Part shown: positions 35,412-47,400 of the stretch, piece by piece | How the letters are laid out: every line of letters starts with the position of its first letter | Numbering within the stretch: the stretch's first letter is position 1 | Assembly: GCA_017654855.1 (NCBI GenBank) | Contig: CM030334.1 | Span: 1,488,001 to 1,552,000 of the forward strand | Direction: 5' to 3' | DNA from: Podospora anserina | Taxonomy: Eukaryota | DNA: 64,000 nt | The notes under the pieces: model-generated | Database searches by the model: none | Seen by the model: the letters and a program-made list of their open reading frames with translations, nothing else | What the model was told of the DNA's origin: nothing | Made by a program: the position numbers and the translations under genes

Positions 35412-35529
35412 TCCCACATAGTGTAGTGGTTAGCATGTCAGGTTTTCACCTCCTCTCTCCTTACGCTTCTTAGCAGAGAGCCGCACAGTTAATACCCTGG
35501 AGACCCGGGTTCAAACCCCGGTGTGGGAA
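35412..35529 (+). tRNA. tRNA-Glu(TTC) with a 46-nt intron (35449-35494)
   Basis: TCCCACA/TGTGGGA acceptor stem, TCAGG-TT-TTC-A[intron]C-CCTGG, CCGGG-TTCAAAC-CCCGG, T tracts downstream; 72 nt after splicing. Confidence 0.93.
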
Positions 35530-36109
35530 TCTTCTTTTGCTTTTATTTTTTCCTGCTGTGTCAATTTTTTGCCGGGCATGTAGGCACTTGCCTATCTTTC
35601 TTTTCGCATGGGTATCGACACTGCCAACGCATCTCCATTGCGGCCCCTTTTTGTGGCCATCTTGAGACGAGCTTGAAGAGGGCACCACCACCAGAAAAAC
35701 AAATCATCAACAACAACAACCTCCTCTCATTCATTCATTTGTGGAATCGACCAAATTAGTTTGTCCTTTTAAACCTCCCATCCACCCCTCCCTCATCACA
35801 CTCTGGCAATTTCGAAAAAGAGACATACTTCAATGCCAGCAAGACAATTATAAGACCCCCAGCCCTCACAATCATACACCCCCCCACACCTCCCCTTTCC
35901 ATCTCAACACGGTCACACATACACACACATACACACCTCACCCCCCACCCTCCACAAGGTTTTCAACTCTTTGTGTATTGCTTGCTTGTACGTTTCAGAA
36001 AAAAAAGACCCAGAACTAATCACATATCAATCCTCCTCATCAATGCCCCCCTCCCCACTGGCAGAAAAATATCCTACCCATCTACCTCACCCCATCTTCT
36101 TCCCCCAGC

Positions 36110-37834
36110 TTACTGATCACCGCCCTCAATCTGAATACCCTCCCTCAAACCCTCAACAACCAACTCCTCGCCCGCCAAACGGCGGTAAATATCCCTGACG
36201 TCATCCGTGGTCGTCTCAAAGTGGCTAGAAGCGTCATAGCTCTTGGAGATGAAGATGTTGTCCTTGGTGCCGTCCTCGAGGGGCTCATAGAGGGGAATGG
36301 GGGGACCCTGTTACATCAGTCAGTGTTTTCGTCCTAACAAAACAGCGGCAAGAGACAAAACAAACCATAAACTGCTCCTCAATCTTGCCCAACCTCTCAA
36401 TCCCCGGCGCCAGCTCCAAATGGTGATTGGCCGACGTCTCGGCAATGGTCGACACAATCGCGATCCAGTACCCCTTGGGGCAGACATTGTGCGCCGACGA
36501 CACAACCGCAATGTAAATATCATTCTTGCGGCCGACCTGGCTCTGGGGAATAATCAGCTGAGCCGAGTCCGCGTCGCTCGTGTTCGCCAACGGGTGCTTC
36601 AGGATGCAGATGGCCCTCAGTACGTGTCCCACAACCTTGACCTTGTTGGGGAAGTAGCTCGGGTCGCCAATGATGATCTTGGCCTTGGTCTCAAACTTCA
36701 TCTCGGGCTCGATGTTGGTCATGGTGGCCTTGATGCCGACCGCCTTGTCGCCCTCGTAGACCACCTCGTCGACGTTGGTGTTGAGCATGTAGGTGCCGCC
36801 GTAGATGGCCGACAGGCGGGCGAAACCCTGGGGGAGCTCGCCGAGGCCATAGAGGGGGTAGATGTAGGGAGACTTTCCGTAGCGGGCGACCGAGTTGCCA
36901 TACAGACGAATGCGCTCGATGGCCTCGGGGGCGACGCCGGGCTTGTCGAGGTACGAGTCGGTCTGGTAGAGAGCCATGGCGTGGCCGATGAAGTCTTTGG
37001 TCGTGGCCTCGAGGCCGAACTTGTCAAACACCTCCTTCATGGTGCAGGTGGTCATGTTGAGGCCTGGGGGGAGTTATCACTGCTTGTCAGCCAAAATGTC
37101 TTGCACCACCCGATGTTTGTTCCCCCTTGTGACCATAACTAACCCTTGTGTGTCGCAGAGTCCTTGAGGTCGAACTGGCCAACCCACTCAATGAAGCTCT
37201 TCATGCGGCGCTTCTCGAAGATGCCCATCAGGGGCGACTTGAGAGCCTCGCCGGCATCCGAGGGGACCTTGGCAACAGTCGCCTTGCTTCCCGCACCCTG
37301 CTGGACGTAGCTGCCGGCGACCTGCTTGAACTCAAGGTATCTGGTGACGTCGGTCGAGACAAGGATGTTTGTAAGCTCGCCCGAGGACATGAGGAACTTG
37401 GGGACGAGGTCGATGTTCCAGTCGTTCAGGCGGCCGTACTCCTTCCAGGGCTCGGTGCCCTTGGTGTAGTTGCCATACTTCTTGTAGAGCTATTGTTGTC
37501 GAGGAACATGTTAGCGACCTCAACAGCCTACAATAACAGCAGCAGACGGATTAGGTGATAGAAAAGAAAAGAATGCATACCGTCTCAAGATTAACCGAAG
37601 CAGCCTCACTATTCAAAAAAGGGGGCGCGCGTTCGTAAGCTCAACGGTTCTTTTTCTCGAATACAGAAACAAACCCAAGGGGCAACAACAACAAACTCAC
37701 CCGCCGTAGTGGTCGTTGCGGTCAATGTGCAACACCTTCTTCCCCTTGACACTGAGCACACCAGACAGGATGCACTCGGTCAAGCCGGTGCCCAGCACAA
37801 TGACATCGTACTCTGGGGCGATCTCTTCAGCCAT
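36110..37834 (-). CDS. GDI1: Rab GDP-dissociation inhibitor; exons 37834-37701, 37608-37581, 37489-37144, 37063-36366, 36307-36110
   Basis: [51 protein letters not shown] and SYDASSHFE; four in-phase introns. Confidence 0.97.
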
Positions 37835-38628
37835 GCTTGCGTTTTTTCTGTCTGCTTCTCTAAAAATCGGTTTTCGTTTCTTGTTGGATGGAGAGATAGA
37901 TGGATAAGTTAAAGTTTAATGGAGAATGGGCGGCCTTTCAGGTAGGTAGCTTGGGCGTGTGTGTTTGGTCTGGCAGGTGGGCAAGCTAAAGCAGCTCGAA
38001 GGGGGGGGGGGTTTGAGCGGGCAGGTGGGTCGAACTTATATTCCCTATTAAAGATAGATGACGGACGGACCGTGACAGCTCCCAAAGAACAAAAGGGTTT
38101 CCCACAAGATTGCAAGTCAAGAAGAACAGGAAACAAAACAAGGGCCGAGATCACGGTGGAAATTTGATGGGCTGGCAAGAGCTTATTAGCAGCTGGCCAG
38201 ATGGTTTCTCGATGTTGGGCTTAATATTAGGTTGTCATTCATCAGGGGGAGGGGGAGGTTGCTTGCTGTCGCTCGCCTCTTGGTGGGGAGGAGGGGCGGC
38301 GAGTGGCAGCCCCGCATTCTGGGGTCTCCTTTGAGCTAATCAAGCACCATGGCGTCTTTTGATTCGACGCTGAAAGGACAGGCGGTCTAGGTCCCTCGTC
38401 TCGGCTCATGGCTCATTTAGCACCTGGAAGCCATCAAACTTGCCGACCCAGACGACTTCACATCACAATAATATCTTTTTGTCTAGAGGTTCAAATACAC
38501 TATCTGTACAAGAAGAAACCCGATGATGACGTCCATCCATCTGTATACATCGGTTCAACGGCCTTTTAACTCGTGGTTGCGGTGGTGTCTTTTGTGTTGC
38601 TGTTGATACACAGGGTATAACCTCTCCC

Positions 38629-39505
38629 TTATAACTTCGCCGCCTCGCCCTGAACATTCGTCTCTGGTGGTGGTACCACAGCCTTCTCCTCAGCCTTGAC
38701 CTCAGCAGCCTCCTCCTCAACAAGGTAATCCACAACCTTGGCCTCAGCAGCCTCCTCCTCAAGGAACTCCCTCGGCGTGAAAGCTCTCCCCTTCCCACTC
38801 AAATCAATCTCAGGATCACTCTCCGCCAACTTAACCGCATCCTCCCAAGCATAAAACCTCTCCGTCAACACATGCTTAATACCGCGCATCGTAACCCGAA
38901 CCTATTCTCTCATTAGCACACACATTCCCCCCCTCCCTTTCCCACCAACAAGATAAACTCACCTCCCTATCCCTCCCCTGCGCCTCGCTCTTCCCAAACC
39001 CCATCTTCCCCCTCTCCCTCTCCCACGCCCCCGTCGCAATCCTGTTCCGCTCCTTCACGCAAACCCACCACAACCTATGCAGATCCTCCCAACTCTTCCC
39101 CCTCAGCTCCTCCACCATCCACCCCCGCCCATGCTTCATGTCATCCTCTGGCGAAGCCGCCACCGTCTCCCGGTTGGGGAAAAAGTCCCACAGCCCGTGA
39201 TCAGGGTCGACCTCGACAGGAGGCAGCTCCTCGCGGGATCGAGGCTTGGGGAGCGGGTCGTCGGACATGGAGAGCCTCCAGCGGAGACCGGTCCGGCGGA
39301 GGGCCGACTGCCCGCGCGATTTGGACATGTCCTTGTTGGAGCGCGCGCCGGGGTAGGTGTGTCTTTTCAGGAGGGGGGCGGTCGTGGACATGGGGCGGGT
39401 TAGGGATAACAGTTGGTGAGATATCCTGACGGAGGAGGGGGAGGGGGTGAGTTTGAAGGCTGCGCCCAGGGAGGGGCGGACAGCTGAAGCGGCGGCGGTG
39501 GCCAT
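38629..39505 (-). CDS. MRPL4: Mitochondrial large-subunit ribosomal protein uL29m; exons 39505-38963 and 38901-38629
   Basis: HGLWDFF, GRGWMVEELRGKSWEDLHRLWWVCVKERNRIAT and MRGIKHVLTER; presequence-like N-terminus. Confidence 0.92.
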
Positions 39506-40010
39506 GGTGGTGGTGATATACCGTTCGGTTCGAGAGGTTGTTCGCCGGTGGTAGTAAGTAGTAGGTAGTTCGTGTTTGTGTGGTTTCGGGTTCCTCCCTC
39601 CTCTAGCTGGAATGAAATGACTGCAGTCCCAACTTTCGTCCCCTGGCCGACGTCGACGCTGTATACTGGCTTGGGTCGAGCGGTCGGTGGTCGTGGCGGT
39701 GGTCACAAAGGTCCCCACGAGCAAAGCAAAAGCCGCTGCTGAACTTGGAGCTGGCTTGCTTGAGAAACTACCACTTTCAAAATTTGGGTGGTCCGAGCGC
39801 CTTCCCATCCAGCGGTGGAAATATGTCAAACGGGAACTTCCGCTCTCTCGTTGAAATCCATCCCACCCAATAGGTGCATACGGAGTGCTTTGAAACTGGA
39901 TATTTGCATATTATTTCCACCGCCATCGCCCTGAAGCCATCACCACTTCAGCACGACGCCGACTGCACGATACACCGTCTGTTTAATCCTTGAAAGACAA
40001 AAGCAAAAAG

Positions 40011-40295
40011 ATGACCCTCCTCCAGTACGTCCCATCCCCTTCCCCTCCCTCAAACACCACATCCACTAACGTCTCCAAAAGAACCTACCAAGGCCTTTCC
40101 CCCAGAGCCAGACTAGGCGTCGGCTTCGGCCTCCTCGCCTGGGGCCTCATCGGTCTCAAGCTCTCAGACAAGGCAGAGGAAAAGCTGGGCTACACCCCCA
40201 CCGAGCAGGACAAGGCCGAGCTCGACAAGATGATTCCAAAGATTCACTCTGTACCGAGGGAAAAGCCTTCCTCATCAACATCACCAACGCAATGA
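40011..40295 (+). CDS. Small single-pass membrane protein (about 75 aa); exons 40011-40024 and 40082-40295
   Basis: ATG followed by a GTACGT...CTAAC...AAG intron; hydrophobic LGVGFGLLAWGLIGL segment; divergent from MRPL4. Confidence 0.7.
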   Translation: MTLLQYVPSPSPPSNTTSTNVSKRTYQGLSPRARLGVGFGLLAWGLIGLKLSDKAEEKLGYTPTEQDKAELDKMIPKIHSVPREKPSSSTSPTQ

Positions 40296-41405
40296 TGTCC
40301 GGCAGGTGCTGAAAATACAACAAATAAATAATTTATACACAAATACCCAGCCAGCGCTTGCTCATTTGAAATCTTCGCAGGGAATCCAAGTCGTGGTGTT
40401 GGACAGGCCTGCTTTCAGTTGTTTGTTTTCTCAGAGACACCATCACCACTCTACCACACATCGTTCTTGCACAAGAAACTCCCTTATAACAACTCACACC
40501 CTTCCGCTCTGTTGACCTCCGCTTCTAAAGTAAAAACGTATGTAAATATGTTCTGACATGATGTACAATGGTTGTCCAGCCAGTTTTCCTTTTCGACTCC
40601 CACTCTTCGCCCATTTCAACCTCCCCACAACCATCATCCCCTTTTCAAACCCTTCCCTTGACTTTTCCCACCCTCCCATTCAACTTTTTTATCATTAATT
40701 TTTTTTACATCCCTCCCCACTCCAGGGAACTTGTTTACTGACCATGTTCACAGCAGCATCTATTCCCTCATCCTCCGTCATCCATCTACCCATCCTCCAC
40801 TCCCCACCCGCTTATTGCCCTCCCCCCATCCCCCAGTCTATGTTCGTTCGATCGTTCGTTGCAGGTGAGAATTCTGGGAAGAATAAAAACTTGTCTAATG
40901 CAAAGCCACGCCACCCCATAACACACTCCATAAAACAGACGAGGAAAAAAAGAGATAGAAATCTAAGAATTTGATGAACCATCCGCATTGATCAATTGAA
41001 GACGCCCACACCGCCAAGCCCACCATCCACGTCTGTAGAAAATGCAAACTGCAAACCGCCGAGTTTGTGACCGATCTGATGCAAACGGAGGGGGAATCGA
41101 AACTTTTGGGGGATGTGTCACCCGTGCGTGTATCGGAGGGAGAGGAACACCCAGATCATCATAAGCTCGGAAAACCCACTTTCAGCTCGCAAAACACAAA
41201 AGAGAGGAAAAAAGCACAGAGAAACCGCAGGAAAAACCATGAATACAAGACTAAACGAGACCACCCCATTGACTGTGAGAAAGCAAAATGAGCATTAAAA
41301 CGCCGTTGATGCAGTTTGTTGAGCGGTGCCCAGCACACTGGGTCGCTATCATGCGGATATTCCTCTCTTTTTCTCCGCTACCGAGTTGCATTTCCGGACG
41401 AGTGA

Positions 41406-44400
41406 CTACCTCGTCGTATAGGGAAGACGCCTGAATAGTTGAGTCATGTCCAGTGTCGTGTCCACCACCCCGTAGGCCTCATCGATGTCCCCCACTGATC
41501 CCATATCCTCCCCCCGCGCAGCCCCGTCTGTAAGAACCCAATTCTTGACCGACTTTAGCATGTGGATGACGCGCGCAAATCGTTGATCGGGGTTCATAAC
41601 GAGATCGACGTGCCGTGTTGTCCTCAAAAGATGGGTCGCCAGCCAGTAAAAATGGATGCCGTCCCTGCAGAATCCATACCGTCCAAGATATGCCGCGGCC
41701 GATGGAGGGAACTGGACCGCCATGTCATGATCCCAGTTTGCCTTGAACTTGTCCAAAGCCGTTATCAACGTCTTCAAAGTCTGCGGATCGACAAGGTTCG
41801 CAGCAATATCCGTGGGAGTCGTGCGACCACTACCATGCGGAACAGAGCTTCCTTGCGCATCCACAAACCAGGCGTTGGTCGGCAAAGGGGTGCTAGATCG
41901 ACTGATGGCATTCCTGCCCTCCAATTGAACCTGTCTCATGATGTCGAGTAGGGCATGAATAAGAATGAATTTTCCGTAGAGATTGGTCGACCCCGGCAAA
42001 ACTCGATAGCTGTTGTCGAGCAACGCCTTGAGAACCATGCGCATTTCGGGTTGTGTCGTACGTCGAGTGCCATCGGGATTTCGTCTTTCGGCAGCTGCAG
42101 GCCCGCAGAGCCCCAGAGCTTCAGCACACTCAACCGCGTTGCTCGCCTCCCACGCTGCGTCATCCGCAGGGAGAGGGAGCCGAAGATCGAATGGGGTGAA
42201 CTCGGGACCGCAGTTGAAATAGAGCCCCAAAGCCGCGTCGTAGATGAAAATAAGATACATAGTTCTGACACGAGCCTCCTGGCCCACCCAGCGTTGCCAA
42301 TCAAACTGCGAAACTGGGAAGTTTTGCGAGGCAAAGCTTGACTGGTGGAGAGGACTGAAAGACGATTCTCCTTGCGAAAGGTGTAGCAATCCAGCCTTGC
42401 GAGCCAGATTGGCAATTAGAGGCCAAATTCGCCGAGCTTTCTGGCGTTGGGCTGCGGTACCGTGCCAGGTAAACAAAACTAGAACATGTGCGATTGCCTG
42501 GAACTCTTCCAGGGCCGAGTTAGATGCCCAGTCATAGGTTTGCGCAAATCCCTCATCCTGAGCCAGTGAAGCCCTGAACAAAAGAGATGAGCTTTCAAAC
42601 GAGGTCCTGAGCACTTCCATAATCTCCCGAATGTTGTCTGGGGGGGTTCGGTCCGAGTAGCACGCGCCTACGATGCACATGGCAGCCAAAAGGCCGACAT
42701 AGGCGTCCAGGGCGCGGAACGTGGAAATGTGGACGGTAGCAAAGTGCACGTGATAGTTGGTATACTGTTCCAAGAAATGTCGAATGTTGTCGGGCTGGAA
42801 ATGATGGTTGACGAGTTGGGCAGTGGGATTAGTGGGATCAGAGGTGGGGCACAAAAACTCGATGATTCTGCGGGACAGGTGGTGATAGGCGTCAGGATAC
42901 GAGGGCGGAATTCCCCATGAGGGGAACGTCGACGAGTCGGTGGCTGTGTCGCCCGGAATGATGCCAACCGCTCGCGCAGAGCCAGAGTTAGGATCGGGCT
43001 TGGCCGCGGTCGCCTTCTCCTGTTCGCAAGTTAGGTCTTTCCACACATTAATGAAGAGATATGAAATGGGGTGTGGGATGGTTCGCACCTGCCTGTGAGA
43101 ACATCTGCGCCCACTGGTCGCCGCCCTGGCCGCCGAGGAAGGGCATGCCGGTCCCGTTCTGGGGCATGCTGTAGTTCGCCAGCTGGGGGTTGATGTTGGC
43201 CGTCATGTTGTTCGAAACGTCGCCGCCGGTATAAGTCTGGTCAAAGCTGCCAGGACGCGTCGACGCGCCCATGACAGACCCAGTCATGCTTCTCCTATCG
43301 CGATTGGCGTCTTCGATTCGGTTAATGCTGCTCGATCTCGACAATTGATTCTGATCGTTGGCCATGTTGGTCATGGCCTCGGGGGCAGAGATCAGGCCAA
43401 ATGGATGCTGCACCATTCCGTCACCCGGAATGCTGGGCATGCCATTCATGTGGTTCACCTCACCTTCAATGGCCTTCTGCTGAGCAGCAGCATTCTTCTT
43501 GACGTGCGCCTGCGGGTGAGACAAATGGCTCGCACCCGTAGGGTTGCCACGTCTAACCGAGCACTTGATGAAGTGACGCTTGAGGATGTCGCTACGCGAG
43601 AAGGTGTCGCGGCACAGGACACACATGTAGGGGCGATCGCCGGTGTCTACGAATACACGTTAGGCTACAGGACACGTCACAGAGCTTTCAGTCGAGTCAA
43701 CTTACGTCTGAGCAAATGACGCTTCAGATGCTTGGCATGAAGATAGGTCTTGGTGCAGTGAGGGCAAGGAAACTTGCCGTCCGCATCCTTCTGGGGGATC
43801 GGGTTCTTGGCGGTGGTGCCAGGAGCAGGAGCGGCAGGCCGGCCCGGAGCACTAGGGAGGATGCCTCTGCGGCCCTGGGAACCGACAACGTGAGTCGGCT
43901 GGTCGCCACCCTCGGGCAGCATGCCGTTCTGGCCCATCATGGGGCTCTGAACGTAGGGGGAGCTAATGCCAGCCTGCGGCATTCCGCTAGCCGGCATCGG
44001 GCGGAGAACAGGTGGAGCCCGGGCGCCGGCCGAAGATGGGGCCGGGGCAATTGGCTGAGGATGCGCGGCAGCGGCCGTGGTGTTCGGCATCATGGTGGAG
44101 GTGCTGGCGGGATAGCCCTGAGTGGGATAGCTGTTGTTCATCATGGGGTAGTTTCCAGCGCCGCGTCCAGCACTTTGGTTGGGCGGAGGCGGGTAACTGG
44201 TCATGTTGTTGGTGACGGGAGTATTGGGAGCGGAAGGCGTCCGAGAACCGTGGGGATAGTTCCCGTAAGGAGGCTGTTGCATAGCCGGATGGCTGGGTTG
44301 GAGCGGCGGCAGGGTCTGCGGAGGGAGGCCCGTGGAGTGGTGCTGCTGCTGGTGCTGCTGCTGGATGGGATGCTGTGACACGGCTGGCTGAGAGGAATAC

Positions 44401-44453
44401 GAAGCCGTCGACGTGTTTATGACATTCGCCGAGCCGTTTGGCAGACCTTCCAT
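41406..44453 (-). CDS. C2H2 zinc-finger transcription factor with a C-terminal fungal-specific TF (MHR-type) region, RfeC-like; exons 44453-43706, 43646-43093 (GC donor), 43019-41406
   Basis: Two fingers, CPHC...HLLRH-TGDRPY-CVLC...HFIKC, joined by a GT-AG intron. A 560-codon downstream ORF contains LPLPADDAAWEA. The second junction and the start codon are uncertain; the RfeC resemblance is from memory. Confidence 0.85.
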
Positions 44454-47400
44454 AATCCGTCACACAAATACCTTAAAGTGGCGAGCACAGAATAACCATC
44501 CGAGGCCTTGGGGGGCGTCGAAGGGCTCTTTTGCGCGCGTTGGGGGAAGAGTAGTCGGTGCTACTCGTGAGGACGGGCGATGCAACAACGCGTCGTGTGC
44601 ACGGGGGGTGATGATATGCCTCAGTCGGCGCGCGCTCTCGCTTGGGCAGAAGGGTGCAGGCAGCAAGAGCTGTTTGTTCCTTTGTCGGCTGTCGCAGGAC
44701 TCGGAACCGGGACGACAGGCTTCTGATGGAAGGTCAGATGCAATGCGCCGGACGGTGATCTGGCTGTGCAACAATTGTCGCGATGATGCGTCGTCGTCAA
44801 AGGTTGGCGCGTGTCGGTGGTGGTGGTGCTCGTGGGTGGAGAATACCCTACCTTAAGCGGAAAGTTGAGGCTCAAAGGAAAAAGATGTGGTGAGTGGAGA
44901 GAAATGGAGAGGTTTGAGTGGAAAGTCGGGTGGAGACTGCCTCTTTTTGTGCTGCTGGATTTGGGTTTTGGGGGGGTGGTGTGTGAGGGGAGCTGTCAGG
45001 TACTTGCTGATGGCGGCCGGCGGGCAGTGGGTGGGTTATACAGTTCCTGGCTGGCAGCCGTTGGGTACCTCCTGGGAGCAGCCTGGTGGGGACCGAGCTG
45101 GGATTGTGGGAATTGTGGGATTGCAATGGTGGAGGGTCCTCCCAAAATTTCCCAGGTGAAATATGGAGAATCGTCCGGAAATCAAGCCTTTTGAGCGGTG
45201 GGGAGCGAGTTTGATGAAACCCAATTGTGCGAGTCGATTAGGTCTTTGGATATTCGACGCTGGCGAGGGAAAGAGAAAGGGCTTTGCTTTGCTGTGCTTT
45301 TGCTTTGGTTTGGGCAGTCACGCAGACAGGATGTGGACGAGGGAAAAAAGAAGTGAAAGTGGATAAAAACAAGGGAAGGGAATGGGGACCGGCACTCAGG
45401 TAAAAAGAAAAGAGACTTGACTTGCGTCTGGCGGTATCTTTTGGCAGGTGGCAGGGTAAAAATGCCCAGGGGAGCAAAGTGAAGAAAGAACTGAAAAAAT
45501 AAGAATAAAAAAATACAGTTACAAGAGGCAAGTCACGTCCCCTTGGTCCTGCTCTGTTTTGGCGGCCATGTAAAAAGACCGGAAGCGTGTTTCTACCTAC
45601 TCGCACACACCTTGGCTTGCCCCTCGTACCCGGACTTGGGCAAAAGCCATTTACTTCATCTCGAGGAATAAAGTTTGCTTACTCCGAGATTCTGTTGAAT
45701 CAGCAGACTACAAATACTACTCCCATGAAGATGCCCTCACCTCTACACATATGAATTGCCCGCCTGTTACAGAATGTCCCGGTACCGCATCCGAAATGTC
45801 TGAATTTTTGCAACAAAGCGACTCGACGGACGAGGGCTGGGCGGTGACCTCATCAATACAGTGCGGCATGCACGGCGTACTTGGGCGGCAGGCGGTAGCG
45901 ACAGGGACCTGTGGTGGTGGTCAAATGGACGTCCTTGGCAAGTGGTCTGAGGTGGGATAGCAGAGGCAGGGACTGGGCTGGGAGGAACCACGCTCCGAGC
46001 AAGGACACTGGTTGGGTGGTGTCCAGTAGGGTGGTTGCCGATACATGTGATGCTTCAAAACGGCAACCAGCGACGCCCAAAGGACCGCCATGGACAGCCA
46101 ATGTTGATACGAAATGCCATCGAGCTCTAGGCCCGAGACGTGGCGTTGAAGGTCCAGACGCCATCCGCAGTCCAAGATGTGATCAGACTGGTAGGACCTT
46201 GGCTGTTTTATCTAGCGGCAAGATTTGCCCATTCCATGCCGTGGTGTTGATAACTTGATGCGTGCTTTTCCAGCATCCACTCATCACAAGTTGGATAATG
46301 GCCATGTTTCCAAACGGAAGTCGACGGGAGCGGAGGGCCTTCCAGTCTCGCGGAAACACTAGCCCAGACAGGTATCACAGGAGATGGGCACTATGCCAAA
46401 AGCATCGCCGCCTGCTGTCTGTGACGTTTTCGGTTTGTACTGTGTGCTCTTTACGAAAACGACGACGCCGCCACCAATCCCGAAGTTACCGCCCACAACC
46501 CGCCAACATGTTTGAATGTATTGGAAATACGCGGATTCGTAATCCTGTACTTTTTGTCCAAAAGGGGTGGTCCACTGGCAATACTCACAGACATTATTTA
46601 AAGAAGTGCTGGATCGGTGCTATGACTGGCTACTTCTCTTGTAGTTTTTTTCCCTATCTCGATATGCTGGTGATCTGATATCGATGACACTTGAACCGCA
46701 TCAACATCAAACCTACACTTCTTCTCGCCTCACCTTTTGTGTCTTCGCTGGCCGACGATCAGATCAGCAACAAGAGCGGTCACGGGGGTTTTTTCTCTCT
46801 CGCAGTTTCTGTTACGCGGTCTTCTCGGGATGACTGCCATCGCCTCACCCAAAGAGGCATCTCCGTGTTTGTTAATAATCGGCCGCCAGGGGGCAAATTC
46901 TCGATGGTGTTTTTGTCTATCGATTTTTCCAAGTCTGAGCACTTTCTTGGACGACGATGACAACAACGGCCAACAGGATCAGACGCACCACCACCTGGCC
47001 TCGGTGACGAGAAAGACGGGCTTCTCCCTCTGCTGTTGTGGTCGTCTGAGAGCCATCAGATCCATGACCCCAGGCCGTGATGGCGTGGATGGCGTGGACA
47101 GCGGAACGACCGAATCGTCGCAGAACTTGCGGTGAGGAATTGTGCCGCATTGGTTCCGTCGGGTAGTTCGGTTATCTCAGCGGCTGTCGGATGCTGTGCC
47201 TGTTCTTCCTTGGAATTCCCATTCATAACTCGATCACCTTGACAGCCAACAACGGCCTGAAAATATAACGAGATCTGACCTCTCTTGTGGTGGGAGGTGG
47301 TGGTTACAGTCCCACGTAATATTACTACACCGTACAACCAAGCCCCCCAACGCCCGTCTGCGGCAGCAAAGCAACAAATCATCAACGGGGTGGTCAGCTC

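Noticed and set aside
38701-38762. Duplicated EEEAAE segment in the MRPL4 tail
   Set aside because: Ordinary short internal duplication in a variable C-terminus.
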